Origin: an archaeon
GTDB taxonomy: Archaea > Undinarchaeota > Undinarchaeia > Undinarchaeales > JBDRKL01
DNA: 64,000 nt
Direction: 5' to 3'
Assembly (NCBI GenBank): GCA_043814055.1
Contig: JBDRKL010000012.1
Coordinates: 8,596 to 72,595 of the forward strand
Each line of letters begins with the position of its first letter. Position 1 is the first letter of the stretch. Of this stretch, positions 39,028 to 47,620 are shown in pieces. The position numbers and the translations under genes are program-made. Under the pieces are notes generated by a model. The model was not told the DNA's origin. It did not search any database and saw only the letters and a program-made list of their open reading frames with translations.

Positions 39028-39849
39028 TTAAACCAATTTTACAGTAATTTTTCCCTTTGTGTCGCTGTCAAAATCATGACTGAAATAGTATATCCTTGGA
39101 CCATAGAAGGTGTGGCTCCACTCTTCCCCGGGGTCAATCTTGACCGGAGCGGTTCCCTGTTCAAAATTTATTTTGTGAGGATATTCGTCCATGTTAACCC
39201 AAGTTATGCGTGCAGGGGAGTTCACTATCAGGACATCTGGCTCAAAACTCCATCTGTACATGTAGATTGTTTCAGAACTAGCGGGTTCAATTTCTGTTGC
39301 ATCTGCATAGGAAGGGATTGAATATGCTGTTGAGAGAGTCACACGAATTCGGCCATTCAAACGCGGGTAAAGGCTGCAATCGTAACTGTAAATTTTTGGA
39401 CCAATGAAAGAATAGGTCCAGGATTCACCTTGCGCCAGTTTTGGGGACTCCGCATAATTATTGCCGAATCTTACCCTGTGATACTTGGTGTCAGTGTTCA
39501 CCCAAGTAACTTCAACGAGATTGGCAGCATCAATAACTTCTGGCTTAAAGCCCTTTGCAGTTATTTCCACTGTGGCAGTGGCAACTTTAATTTCCGCACC
39601 AAGTTCTTCTTTTTCTTCTGTTTTCACGAGTTTTATTGCTGTTTTTGGAGTTTCAGGGGTTTTTAGCTCAGCAGGTTTGATTGGATTCACCACAAGGCTG
39701 ACCTCGGCAATGTTTGATGGTGTGGCTGATGTTTCCTGATAACCCATTCCAGCAAGGGAGTTTAAAGGGAAGTATGAGAACTGCACCCCGATTACTATAA
39801 TGAGTATTCCGATGATAAGACCAGTTGCAACGGCGTCGTATTTGTCCAT
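39028..39849 (-). CDS. membrane-anchored protein with two cupredoxin-like repeats lacking obvious Cu ligands
   Basis: 273 aa with one N-terminal TM. The repeats F(K/E)P(E/D)V(I/L).....V.WVN.D...H..(R/N)F....... are typical of the cupredoxin fold, but no Cys-His-Met ligand set was seen. Confidence 0.45.
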   Translation of the reverse strand: MDKYDAVATGLIIGILIIVIGVQFSYFPLNSLAGMGYQETSATPSNIAEVSLVVNPIKPAELKTPETPKTAIKLVKTEEKEELGAEIKVATATVEITAKGFKPEVIDAANLVEVTWVNTDTKYHRVRFGNNYAESPKLAQGESWTYSFIGPKIYSYDCSLYPRLNGRIRVTLSTAYSIPSYADATEIEPASSETIYMYRWSFEPDVLIVNSPARITWVNMDEYPHKINFEQGTAPVKIDPGEEWSHTFYGPRIYYFSHDFDSDTKGKITVKLV

Positions 39850-39924
39850 AATTACGAATAGGAAAAGGTGGTTTATATTCGTTTCTGGCGTTAGGTATTT
39901 ATTAGAGGAGGGCGAAAAGGGGTT

Positions 39925-40479
39925 ATGGAATATAGGGATGTCTGGGTTGTTTCAGCGTTTTCAATACTGTCGGCGTTATCGTATTTGTTTTTTGACACGC
40001 TCGGGCCGTTTAATGGGAATTATTACCTGGATGCTTTTATGGAATTGCTTTCACAACTTGGCGGGGTTTACATTTACTTCGCGCTCGGCGGGGCCCTCGT
40101 GGGCTACGCGTTCCTCTACGGCAGGGGCGAGATGAAGCAAAAGGGCGCATTTTTCATGTTCGCGCTCCTCGTGGACACCCTGCTCATACTCGCGCTCAAG
40201 GACCTGATTGGCAGGGAGCGGCCGATTCCTGAAACACATTACACAAAGGCGTTCCCGAGCGGGCACGCAGCGAACGGAATATTCACCGCGAAGATGCTCG
40301 GTGACTGGTATCCAAAGTTCAGGGGCGGGTTGTACGCGTTTATGCTGCTCTGCGTCTCAAGCAGGATTTATTTTGGAGCTCATTATCTTTCAGATATTTT
40401 CGCAGGGTTTGCGATAAGCTATGGGACCGCGGTGCTGTGGATGTGGGTTTATGGGAAGTATGTTGAGAAGTCTGAATAG
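39925..40479 (+). CDS. PAP2-family membrane phosphatase
   Basis: 184 aa with KDLIGRERP, PSGHAANG and SRIYFGAHYLSD, the three PAP2 motifs. Confidence 0.85.
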   Translation: MEYRDVWVVSAFSILSALSYLFFDTLGPFNGNYYLDAFMELLSQLGGVYIYFALGGALVGYAFLYGRGEMKQKGAFFMFALLVDTLLILALKDLIGRERPIPETHYTKAFPSGHAANGIFTAKMLGDWYPKFRGGLYAFMLLCVSSRIYFGAHYLSDIFAGFAISYGTAVLWMWVYGKYVEKSE

Positions 40480-40481
40480 CC

Positions 40482-40562
40482 GAGCGTTAGCGAAGCTCCG
40501 AATCGCTCTGCGATTCGTTTTTTGGTCAAGCTTTTTTCACAAATATAACCAATAAAAAGGTT
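40482..40562 (-). repeat. hairpin + CTTGACCAAAAA module (copy M6), no downstream gene on its strand
   Basis: Minus strand: AACCTTTTTattggttatatttgtgAAAAAAG-CTTGACCAAAAAAC + GAATCGCagaGCGATTC + GAGCttcgctaacGCTC. Confidence 0.55.
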
Positions 40563-40669
40563 GTCTCAGATCGCCCATCACTCATCACCTTATCAGATCG
40601 ATGTCGGATCTTCATTGACAGCTTATGTTAATAAATAAACTAATATAAATAGTGTTTTAAGTTGCGGTT

Positions 40670-40894
40670 TTATGCTGTTTCTTCTTCAGATTCTTCTTCA
40701 GCCGGCGCTTCCGGTTCGGATGATTCCCCTTCTGCAGGTGTCTCGTCCTCAATGGATTCGTCGTCGCAGCAATCGCAAGAATCGTCAGTTGACTCTTCTG
40801 CAGGTGCCTCGTTTGAAGTTTCTTCAGAAGTCTCTTTGGTGGTCTCTTCTGCAGTTGCGTCCACAGATGTTTCGTTTTGTGTTTCTTCTTCCAT
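40670..40894 (-). CDS. hyper-acidic 74-aa protein with a central DDSCDCCDDES motif
   Basis: A strong SD, AAAGGAGGAAATCAAAATG, and a position 29 nt downstream of the ferredoxin stop on the same strand. Alternative plus-strand Ser-rich ORFs lack any SD. Confidence 0.6.
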   Translation of the reverse strand: MEEETQNETSVDATAEETTKETSEETSNEAPAEESTDDSCDCCDDESIEDETPAEGESSEPEAPAEEESEEETA

Positions 40895-40923
40895 TTTGAT
40901 TTCCTCCTTTAATTGATTATGAG

Positions 40924-41163
40924 TTATGCCTCAACCGCTGTGTCTTCTGCAGGGACTTCAGTTGGTAGGGTCTTTGGCTTTATTTCAATTGCAGTCTGCG
41001 GGCAGGCTGAAACACATGCTCCACATTCTACACAGACATTTGGATTTGCCTGTGGCTTGCCGTCCGGGCCTTTGCTGTCTTCCATCGCTTTAGGGTCAAG
41101 CGGGCATACTGCTACGCACGCTTTGCAATTTATGCATAGTTCATAGTTTACTATTGCTGGCAT
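40924..41163 (-). CDS. 2x[4Fe-4S] ferredoxin
   Basis: 79 aa with CINCKACVAVCP and CVECGACVSACP. GGAGAGGTGAT SD. Confidence 0.9.
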   Translation of the reverse strand: MPAIVNYELCINCKACVAVCPLDPKAMEDSKGPDGKPQANPNVCVECGACVSACPQTAIEIKPKTLPTEVPAEDTAVEA

Positions 41164-41275
41164 TTTTCAATCACCTCTCCGACTTTAAAATTTTAATCAT
41201 ATATAAAACTATTGCAACCTGTATGCAGTGAAGTTGCAGAAAAGGTTATTAAAGCATTAGGGCAAAATTGGCTGT

Positions 41276-41824
41276 ATGAAGCTCATTGTTGGAGTCACAG
41301 GAGCGTCTGGAATGCCTCTAGCCCAGCGGCTGCTTGAAGTTCTCGCTGAGAAAAAGGTTGAGGTTCATTTGATTGTTTCTGAGAGCGCGAAGAAAGTTAT
41401 GGAGTTTGAGGAAACCAAGCTGGAGAATTTGGAGAAACTCGCTGCGGAAGTTCACAATGAGAAAGATATTTCGGCTTCAATCGCGTCCGGCTCGTTCAAG
41501 ACGGACGGTATGGTTGTGATTCCGTGCAGCATGAAAACCATTGGCGGCTTGGCGTCGGGCTACTCGGACAATTTGATTCTGCGCGCAGGGGATGTTTGTC
41601 TTAAGCAGGACAGGAAATTAATTCTTGTGCCGCGGGAGACTCCGCTGAGTTATATTCACTTGAAGAACTTGACCACACTGAAACAGGCCGGAGCTGTGAT
41701 TCTGCCGCCGGTGGTGGCGTTCTACCAGAAGCCGCGCACTTTGGAGGATATGACAGATTTTATAATAGGCAAAGTCTTAGATTCGCTTGAGATTGAACAT
41801 AAACTATACGAGAGGTGGAAGTAA
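41276..41824 (+). CDS. ubiX: flavin prenyltransferase UbiX (makes prenyl-FMN for UbiD enzymes)
   Basis: 182 aa with VGVTGASG and VVIPCSMKTIGGLASG. Confidence 0.88.
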   Translation: MKLIVGVTGASGMPLAQRLLEVLAEKKVEVHLIVSESAKKVMEFEETKLENLEKLAAEVHNEKDISASIASGSFKTDGMVVIPCSMKTIGGLASGYSDNLILRAGDVCLKQDRKLILVPRETPLSYIHLKNLTTLKQAGAVILPPVVAFYQKPRTLEDMTDFIIGKVLDSLEIEHKLYERWK

Positions 41825-43081
41825 ATGAAACCATTGAACTTTCAACAGGCAGTTGAGAAGCTCCGCGAGAAAGGAATGCTTGAGGTTGTTTCAGAAGAGC
41901 GCAGCATTGGAGAAATCGCTGAGAAGATTAAGGACTTGAAGCCGATTCTTTTTGAGAATACCGGGACAGATTATAAGGTTGCTGCGAACGTTTGTGGCAA
42001 GGAACTTTTTGAAGCTTACTTTGACGCGCCTTGGAAAGATATCCGCGCGCAGTTTGGGAAAGCTGCTGGAAGTCCTGGCACGGTTGAAGCAACTGACGAG
42101 TTTCCGTTTGAGGAAACCGATGATGATTTTGAAAGCCTGCCGATTCCAATGTACTACAAAGGCGACGGCGGGAAATACATCACTGCAGGGGTTTTCGTGA
42201 TTGAGCAGGATGGGGTGAGGAATTTGTCTTATCACAGGACTATGATTGTTGACGGCAAGACCGCGGTTGTGCGGTTGTGCAAGAGGCATTTGTGGGACGC
42301 GTATGAGAAGAATGGGAATGAATTGGATGTGGCGATTTGCATTGGATTAGATCCTGCGCTTCTTTCAGTTGCATCTTTCTCCACCAAGGAGCCGATGGAT
42401 GAGACTGAGATTGCAGCAGGGTTCTATGAACAGCCGCTGAAGATGGTCAAGATGAGCAACGGGATTTCAGTTCCGCGCTGTGCAGAGATTGTGATTCTTG
42501 GAAAGATTACAAAAGAGCAGGCAAAGGAAGGGCCATTTGTTGACTCAACCGGAACTATGGACGGGGAGAGGCAGCAACCGGTGTTCAAACTTGAGAAAGT
42601 TCTGCGCAAGAAAGATGCGATATTCTATGCACTCGTGCCAGGCCGCGGAGAGCACTCATTCCTGATGGGTGTGAGCAAGGAGCCGATTTTGTTCAACGAG
42701 ATTGCAAAGGTCGCGGACATTCAGGATATTTCATTCGCAGACGGCGGGATAGAATGGATGGGCGCTGTGGTGAGCATCAAGAAGAAGTCTGATGCTGATG
42801 TGAAGAAAGTTATTGAAACCGCGTTCGCTACACACAAGAGCCTGAAGCACGTCTGGGTGTTTGATGAGGACATTGACCTGCTGAACCATATGGACCGCGA
42901 ATGGGCGTTCACTACGCGGTTCCAGGGCGACAAGGACATTTACACTTATCCAGGCGAGCCAGGGTCAAGCCTTGACCCGAGCTCAGAGCCAGGTGATGAC
43001 AGGAGAAATACGTGCAAGGTTGGGTTTGACTGTACGATACCGATGGGGAAGGACAAGAAGGACTTTGAGAAGGTGGCGTGA
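41825..43081 (+). CDS. UbiD-family decarboxylase, candidate trans-anhydromevalonate-5-phosphate decarboxylase
   Basis: 418 aa with UbiD-like architecture. It starts 1 nt after the ubiX stop. The functional call rests on clustering with MVK, AcnX L/S and IPK. Confidence 0.7.
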   Translation: MKPLNFQQAVEKLREKGMLEVVSEERSIGEIAEKIKDLKPILFENTGTDYKVAANVCGKELFEAYFDAPWKDIRAQFGKAAGSPGTVEATDEFPFEETDDDFESLPIPMYYKGDGGKYITAGVFVIEQDGVRNLSYHRTMIVDGKTAVVRLCKRHLWDAYEKNGNELDVAICIGLDPALLSVASFSTKEPMDETEIAAGFYEQPLKMVKMSNGISVPRCAEIVILGKITKEQAKEGPFVDSTGTMDGERQQPVFKLEKVLRKKDAIFYALVPGRGEHSFLMGVSKEPILFNEIAKVADIQDISFADGGIEWMGAVVSIKKKSDADVKKVIETAFATHKSLKHVWVFDEDIDLLNHMDREWAFTTRFQGDKDIYTYPGEPGSSLDPSSEPGDDRRNTCKVGFDCTIPMGKDKKDFEKVA

Positions 43082-43881
43082 GGATGGATTTGCATAGTGA
43101 GACAGCAAATGAGCAAAAACGGCTTGAGTACCTGAGAGGCATTCTTCAAAAACTTGAAAAATGCCAGGGATATTGGGAAAAAGTAGCAAGTGCTGTTGTA
43201 GATTCAAATAAATACAAAATTGGTGCATTTTTAAAAGAGAATAAAGAGCTGGGACGGGATGTCGAACAGATTATGATTACAGAGCTGAACGACGACCCTG
43301 GACTAAACAACGGTAATTACCTGTGGATGCTAAAGCTCACATATAAATTATATGAGGAGATTAATAGGATACTAGGGAAGGCGGACTCAGACGAGATTAC
43401 TAATATAGATGCAGATGCGAAAATTAAGAGTTTGTACCGCAGGACGAAGATGTTGCGGGTAAAGGAACTTCGAAAAATCAAGACACGCCCTGTGCCGGAA
43501 TCTGCGCATGGAATGACATTAGAACTTTTGAAAGCACTCAACAAGGAAATTTCTAGAATCACTGAGGAAATAGAAAGGGAACAGAACAAGCTTGAAAAAC
43601 TTGAGAATAGGCGGAAGAAGGCATCCTTGACGAAGAAAAGGAAACCCAAAACCCCTGAGAAACTCCACCCAAAAGGTATGGAGCTTGAGGATCTCCGCGC
43701 TCTTGTTTTGAAAAAATACCAGTGGTACATGAGGTATATGAACGACGAGCAGGAGTTCCCAAGCTTCACAGAAGATAGTATAAAGAATGCGGAAAAAAAG
43801 TATACGTTGGTGGATATGAACAAGGAGATGGACTTCCTGCTTAAGCACAAGAGCAGGAAGGATTTTGAAGAGGAAGCGTAG
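43078..43881 (+). CDS. hypothetical Lys/Glu-rich coiled-coil protein (267 aa) inserted between the UbiD-type gene and mvk
   Basis: GTGA overlap with the UbiD stop (or ATG at 43084). Its stop lies 1 nt before the mvk ATG. It is markedly A/T-rich relative to flanks (hand count 43141-43260 about 33% GC versus 55% for 42961-43020). Confidence 0.6.
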   Translation: MRMDLHSETANEQKRLEYLRGILQKLEKCQGYWEKVASAVVDSNKYKIGAFLKENKELGRDVEQIMITELNDDPGLNNGNYLWMLKLTYKLYEEINRILGKADSDEITNIDADAKIKSLYRRTKMLRVKELRKIKTRPVPESAHGMTLELLKALNKEISRITEEIEREQNKLEKLENRRKKASLTKKRKPKTPEKLHPKGMELEDLRALVLKKYQWYMRYMNDEQEFPSFTEDSIKNAEKKYTLVDMNKEMDFLLKHKSRKDFEEEA

Positions 43882-43882
43882 C

Positions 43883-44854
43883 ATGGCAGAAGGCAGTGGC
43901 TTTGGAAAAGTGATTTTGTTCAACGAGCACTTCGTTGTTTATGGAGTTCCAGCTATTGCGAGCGCGATTTCTAACAAGACTGTTGCAAAGGTTACTGAAG
44001 CTGAGAGCCTGAAGCCGAGTGGCAACGAGGGCTCAATGGTCGGGAACGGCTGGGTGCTTGAGGACAACAGGGATGCGAACGAGGGCTATAAAACCAAGAA
44101 GCTTGAGCACCAGAAAGAATCAATTGAGCTTGTCCTGAACGCTGCAGATTTTATTGCAGATGAAACTCCAATTAAGATTGAGCTCGGCGGGGACTTGAAA
44201 GCCGTGGGCGGAGTTGGGGCGAGCGCTGCGGTCTGCGTTTCAATCGCGCGGGCTTTGAGCAAGGAATTTGAACTGGGCTTTGATGATGATAAAATAAATG
44301 AGATTGCCTATGAAGGAGAAAAAGCATATGCTGGAACCCCTAGCGGGATTGACAACACTGCTTCAACTTATGGCGGGCTTCTGTGGTTTGTGAAGAATAC
44401 TGAGGGCGGGGCTAACACAATGGATTTGATGGAGCTCAAGGAGCCTTTGGAAATTGTGATGGGAAATACTGGGATTACTACTGATACCAAAGCAGCGGTT
44501 GAGGGAGTTCGGGAAAGGAAAGAGGGGAATCCTGAGTATGAGAAAATATTTGCGCGGGCGCACGAGCTTGGGAAAGAAGCGCTCATCGCGTTGAATGATT
44601 TTAATTTGGAGAAAGTTGGGGCGTTGATGAATGAGAATCACGGAATGCTTCAGAAGATTGGAGTTTCGCACGAGAAGCTTGACGAGCTCGTGGAAATTGC
44701 GCAGGAGAACGGAGCTCTTGGAGCGAAGATGACTGGCGGCGGAATGGGCGGATATATGCTTGCGCTTACTCCGGGCAAGGAACTGCAGGAGAAAGTTGCG
44801 AAGGCGATGGAAGACACGGGTTATGAAGCTTTGAGGACTAAGATTGGGGTTTAA
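43883..44854 (+). CDS. mvk: mevalonate kinase
   Basis: Trimmed to MAEGSGFGKVILFNEHFVVYG (GHMP motif I). Motif II VGGVGASAAV, catalytic SGIDNTASTYGG, motif III GAKMTGGGMGG. Confidence 0.85.
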   Translation: MAEGSGFGKVILFNEHFVVYGVPAIASAISNKTVAKVTEAESLKPSGNEGSMVGNGWVLEDNRDANEGYKTKKLEHQKESIELVLNAADFIADETPIKIELGGDLKAVGGVGASAAVCVSIARALSKEFELGFDDDKINEIAYEGEKAYAGTPSGIDNTASTYGGLLWFVKNTEGGANTMDLMELKEPLEIVMGNTGITTDTKAAVEGVRERKEGNPEYEKIFARAHELGKEALIALNDFNLEKVGALMNENHGMLQKIGVSHEKLDELVEIAQENGALGAKMTGGGMGGYMLALTPGKELQEKVAKAMEDTGYEALRTKIGV

Positions 44855-46048
44855 ATGAACTTAACAAAAGACGAAGAGGCAATGCTCAATGGAGAGCATG
44901 GGAACGCGAAGAAAAAGTCAATGGAAATTCTAGTTGCGCTGGGGAAGATTTTTGGAGCTGAGCGGTTGATTCCTGTAAAGAGTGTTCAAGTTGCAGGGGT
45001 TTCATATTCAAATTTAGGCGAGCCAGGCTTGGAGTACTTGTCCGAGCTTGCGAAGGATGGTAAGGTTGAAGTTTTGACTACGCTGAATCCAGCAGGGATG
45101 GATTTGAAGAACTGGGAAGAATTGGGGTTTGCGCCTGAGTTTGCTGAGAAGCAGAAGCGAGTTATTAATGCGTTCACTGCGATGGGGATTCAAGCGACTT
45201 GCACCTGCACTCCTTATTTGATTGGTAACAAGCCAAAGCTTGGCGAGCACATTGCGTGGAGTGAGTCGAGCGCGGTGACTTATGCGAACTCTATGCTTGG
45301 CGCGAGGACTAATCGGGAAGGTGGGCCGAGCGCTTTGGCTGCGGCGCTGACTGGGAAAACGCCTGAGTATGGTTTGCACTTGGATGAGAACAGGAAACCG
45401 CATATTCATTTTAAGGTTGAAGTGAAATTGGAAAAGCTTTCGGACTATGGGGCTTTGGGCTATGCGATTGGACAGAAGTGCGAGAACAAGATTGCTTATA
45501 TCAGCGGCGTGGAAAAGCCGAGTGTGGATGAGCTCAAGACACTCTGTGCTTCGATTGTAACTTACGGAGCTCAGCCGATTTTCCATATGGAAGGGGTTAC
45601 ACCTGAAACTACAAACTACGAACTACCAACTACAAACTACACAATCACAGAGGCAGACATCAAAGAAGCCTACGAGGCGTTGACTGATGAAGGAACTGAT
45701 GTTGACTTTGTAAGTATTGGTTGTCCGCACGCGAGCATTGAGGAGATTGAAAAAGTTGCAGAGCTGTTGGAAGGTAAACAGGTTAAGGTTGATACTTGGA
45801 TTGCAACTGCGCGGCCTATCAAAGTTGAAGCAGACAAGTTGGGCTTTTCAAAAACTATTGAAGATGCAGGAGCGAAGTTTTCGTGCGATACCTGTATGGC
45901 AGTAGCTCCGCTCAAGGGCAGGTTCAAAACTTGTGCGACTACGAGCGCGAAGGCGTGCTACTACGCGAGGAACAAGAACGCGATGAAGATGCGGATTGGA
46001 AGCTTGGAGCAATGCATTGATGCGGCGGTGAGTGGGGAATGGAGATGA
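44855..46048 (+). CDS. aconitase-X (DUF521-like) catalytic subunit, candidate phosphomevalonate dehydratase large subunit
   Basis: 397 aa. The N-terminus LTKDEEAMLNGEHGNAKKKSMEILVALG is typical of the AcnX large subunit, with Cys residues for an Fe-S cluster. Operon context supports the call. Confidence 0.7.
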   Translation: MNLTKDEEAMLNGEHGNAKKKSMEILVALGKIFGAERLIPVKSVQVAGVSYSNLGEPGLEYLSELAKDGKVEVLTTLNPAGMDLKNWEELGFAPEFAEKQKRVINAFTAMGIQATCTCTPYLIGNKPKLGEHIAWSESSAVTYANSMLGARTNREGGPSALAAALTGKTPEYGLHLDENRKPHIHFKVEVKLEKLSDYGALGYAIGQKCENKIAYISGVEKPSVDELKTLCASIVTYGAQPIFHMEGVTPETTNYELPTTNYTITEADIKEAYEALTDEGTDVDFVSIGCPHASIEEIEKVAELLEGKQVKVDTWIATARPIKVEADKLGFSKTIEDAGAKFSCDTCMAVAPLKGRFKTCATTSAKACYYARNKNAMKMRIGSLEQCIDAAVSGEWR

Positions 46049-46335
46049 AAGAGCAGATAAAGAATTTCTTAATGCCGGATTTGAAGAGGGTTGTACTATT
46101 TTCCCTAATCAGTCTAGGCATGTATATTATAGCTTTTCATATTTTTAAGGGGTATTTAGCAACTTATGGCTACCCATTGCCATTCGGTTATGCTAAGACA
46201 GTGCCGGGAAGCATATTTGCAGGCCCATTGTATATAGCTTGGAGCATACCGAATATACTGGCGAATCTCTTGATTTATTACTTGATTGCGTGCCTATTTT
46301 CTTTTGCTTATGAGAATCTGCGAGGTTCAAAATGA
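46039..46335 (+). CDS. small hydrophobic protein (2-3 TM) between the two AcnX subunit genes
   Basis: 98 aa (or a start at 46045, giving an ATGA overlap with the upstream stop). Its end overlaps the downstream ATG by 4 nt. A/T-rich. Confidence 0.5.
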   Translation: MEMKEQIKNFLMPDLKRVVLFSLISLGMYIIAFHIFKGYLATYGYPLPFGYAKTVPGSIFAGPLYIAWSIPNILANLLIYYLIACLFSFAYENLRGSK

Positions 46336-46715
46336 AAGGCAGAACAATAGTTAAAGGAATCGCAGAAGGCATTGCCCTGGTCAGCCAAGAGCCCATCTCA
46401 TTCTACGGCGGAGTTGACCCGGACACTGGAATTGTGGTTGAAAAAGGGCATGCCCTTGAAGGAAAAGAACTGACTGGGAAGATTCTCGTGTTCCCGCAGG
46501 GCAAAGGGAGCACAGTCGGGTCCTATGTTATTTACGCGCTGAAGAAAAATGGCAAGGCGCCTGCGGCGATTGTTTGCAGGGAAACCGAGACCATTGTCGC
46601 GGTCGGGGCGATTATCGCAGAGATTCCAATGGTGGATAAAGTAGATATATCAGGAATTAATAGTGGCGATAAGCTTAAAGTGGATGGAGACCAAGGGGAA
46701 GTAATCATATTATGA
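46332..46715 (+). CDS. aconitase-X swivel (DUF126-like) subunit, candidate phosphomevalonate dehydratase small subunit
   Basis: 127 aa with GRTIVKGIAEG.ALVS.EPISFYGGVDP.TG and LVFPQGKGSTVGSYV. Confidence 0.7.
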   Translation: MKGRTIVKGIAEGIALVSQEPISFYGGVDPDTGIVVEKGHALEGKELTGKILVFPQGKGSTVGSYVIYALKKNGKAPAAIVCRETETIVAVGAIIAEIPMVDKVDISGINSGDKLKVDGDQGEVIIL

Positions 46716-47620
46716 TAAAAGCATCTGCACCTTCAAAATTAATGCTGTTTGGGGAGCACGCGCTACTCTACGGCGAGCCCGCGATAGCCACTGCGGTTGA
46801 CAAGCGGGCGCACGTCACAGCCTGCGAACTTGAAAAGCCGCGGATTGTGATTGAGCGCAAGGAATCAGATGAGAGCATAGATATTTCTATCAAAGACAAG
46901 TCAGACCACCCAATTGCAAAAGCTGTCCAGGCAACGTTGAAGCACCTTAACAAGAATGTCGGCATTGGAATTGAAATTGACAACGGCGTCACGGACAGCG
47001 CTGCCATAATCAGCGCGACCACGGGCGCAGTGATGAAGCTTCTTACTGACAACTTGATAAAGCCCGAGGTGGCTGAGGTCTCGTATGAAACAGGAAAACT
47101 GCTGAACAACGGAACGAATGGCATAGACAGCACTGTCACGACTTTTGGGGGCACTGTCATGTTTGAGAAGGGGCAGGGCAGGACTGTTCCAATTCATAAT
47201 GACCTGAGCTTTGTCATAGGAGACACAGGAATAAGGAGCGACCCGAACGAGCTTATTGCAAAAATAAAGACAGTGGCGGAGGACCCAAAAGTTGCGCTCA
47301 TGGTATTCAGCATCGGCTCGCTTGTGCGGCGCGCGAATAACGCGCTCATAGCAGGGAACCCGCTTGAGATTGGCCGTCTGATGGATATGAACCACGTGTT
47401 TCTCAGGAATCTTGGCGTGAGCAACCAGTCGCTGGAAAACATAATTGAAGCGGCGAAGGAGACCGGCGCATTCGGAGCCAAGATAACAGGGACAGGCGGC
47501 GAGGGCACGGTAATTGCGCTCACAGACAAGCCAAACGAAGTTGCAAAGGCGATGAAAGAGGCGGGAGCAGTGAAAGCATTCTCAATAAAAAGCAACCAGG
47601 AGGGAGTGAGAATTGAATAA
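46712..47620 (+). CDS. second GHMP-kinase-fold protein, MVK-like but with degenerate phosphate-binding loops
   Basis: 302 aa. Motif I is intact (APSKLMLFGEHALLYG) and the catalytic NGIDSTVTTFGG is intact. Motif II reads DNGVTDSAA instead of PxGSGLGSSAA, and motif III reads TGTGGEG. Confidence 0.7.
   Translation: MIKASAPSKLMLFGEHALLYGEPAIATAVDKRAHVTACELEKPRIVIERKESDESIDISIKDKSDHPIAKAVQATLKHLNKNVGIGIEIDNGVTDSAAIISATTGAVMKLLTDNLIKPEVAEVSYETGKLLNNGTNGIDSTVTTFGGTVMFEKGQGRTVPIHNDLSFVIGDTGIRSDPNELIAKIKTVAEDPKVALMVFSIGSLVRRANNALIAGNPLEIGRLMDMNHVFLRNLGVSNQSLENIIEAAKETGAFGAKITGTGGEGTVIALTDKPNEVAKAMKEAGAVKAFSIKSNQEGVRIE

Noticed and set aside
40662-40916. Plus-strand Ser-rich ORFs (84 and 75 aa) overlapping the acidic protein gene.
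   Set aside because: No SD is present and they are convergent with nothing. The minus-strand frame has a strong AAAGGAGG SD and operon context with the ferredoxin.
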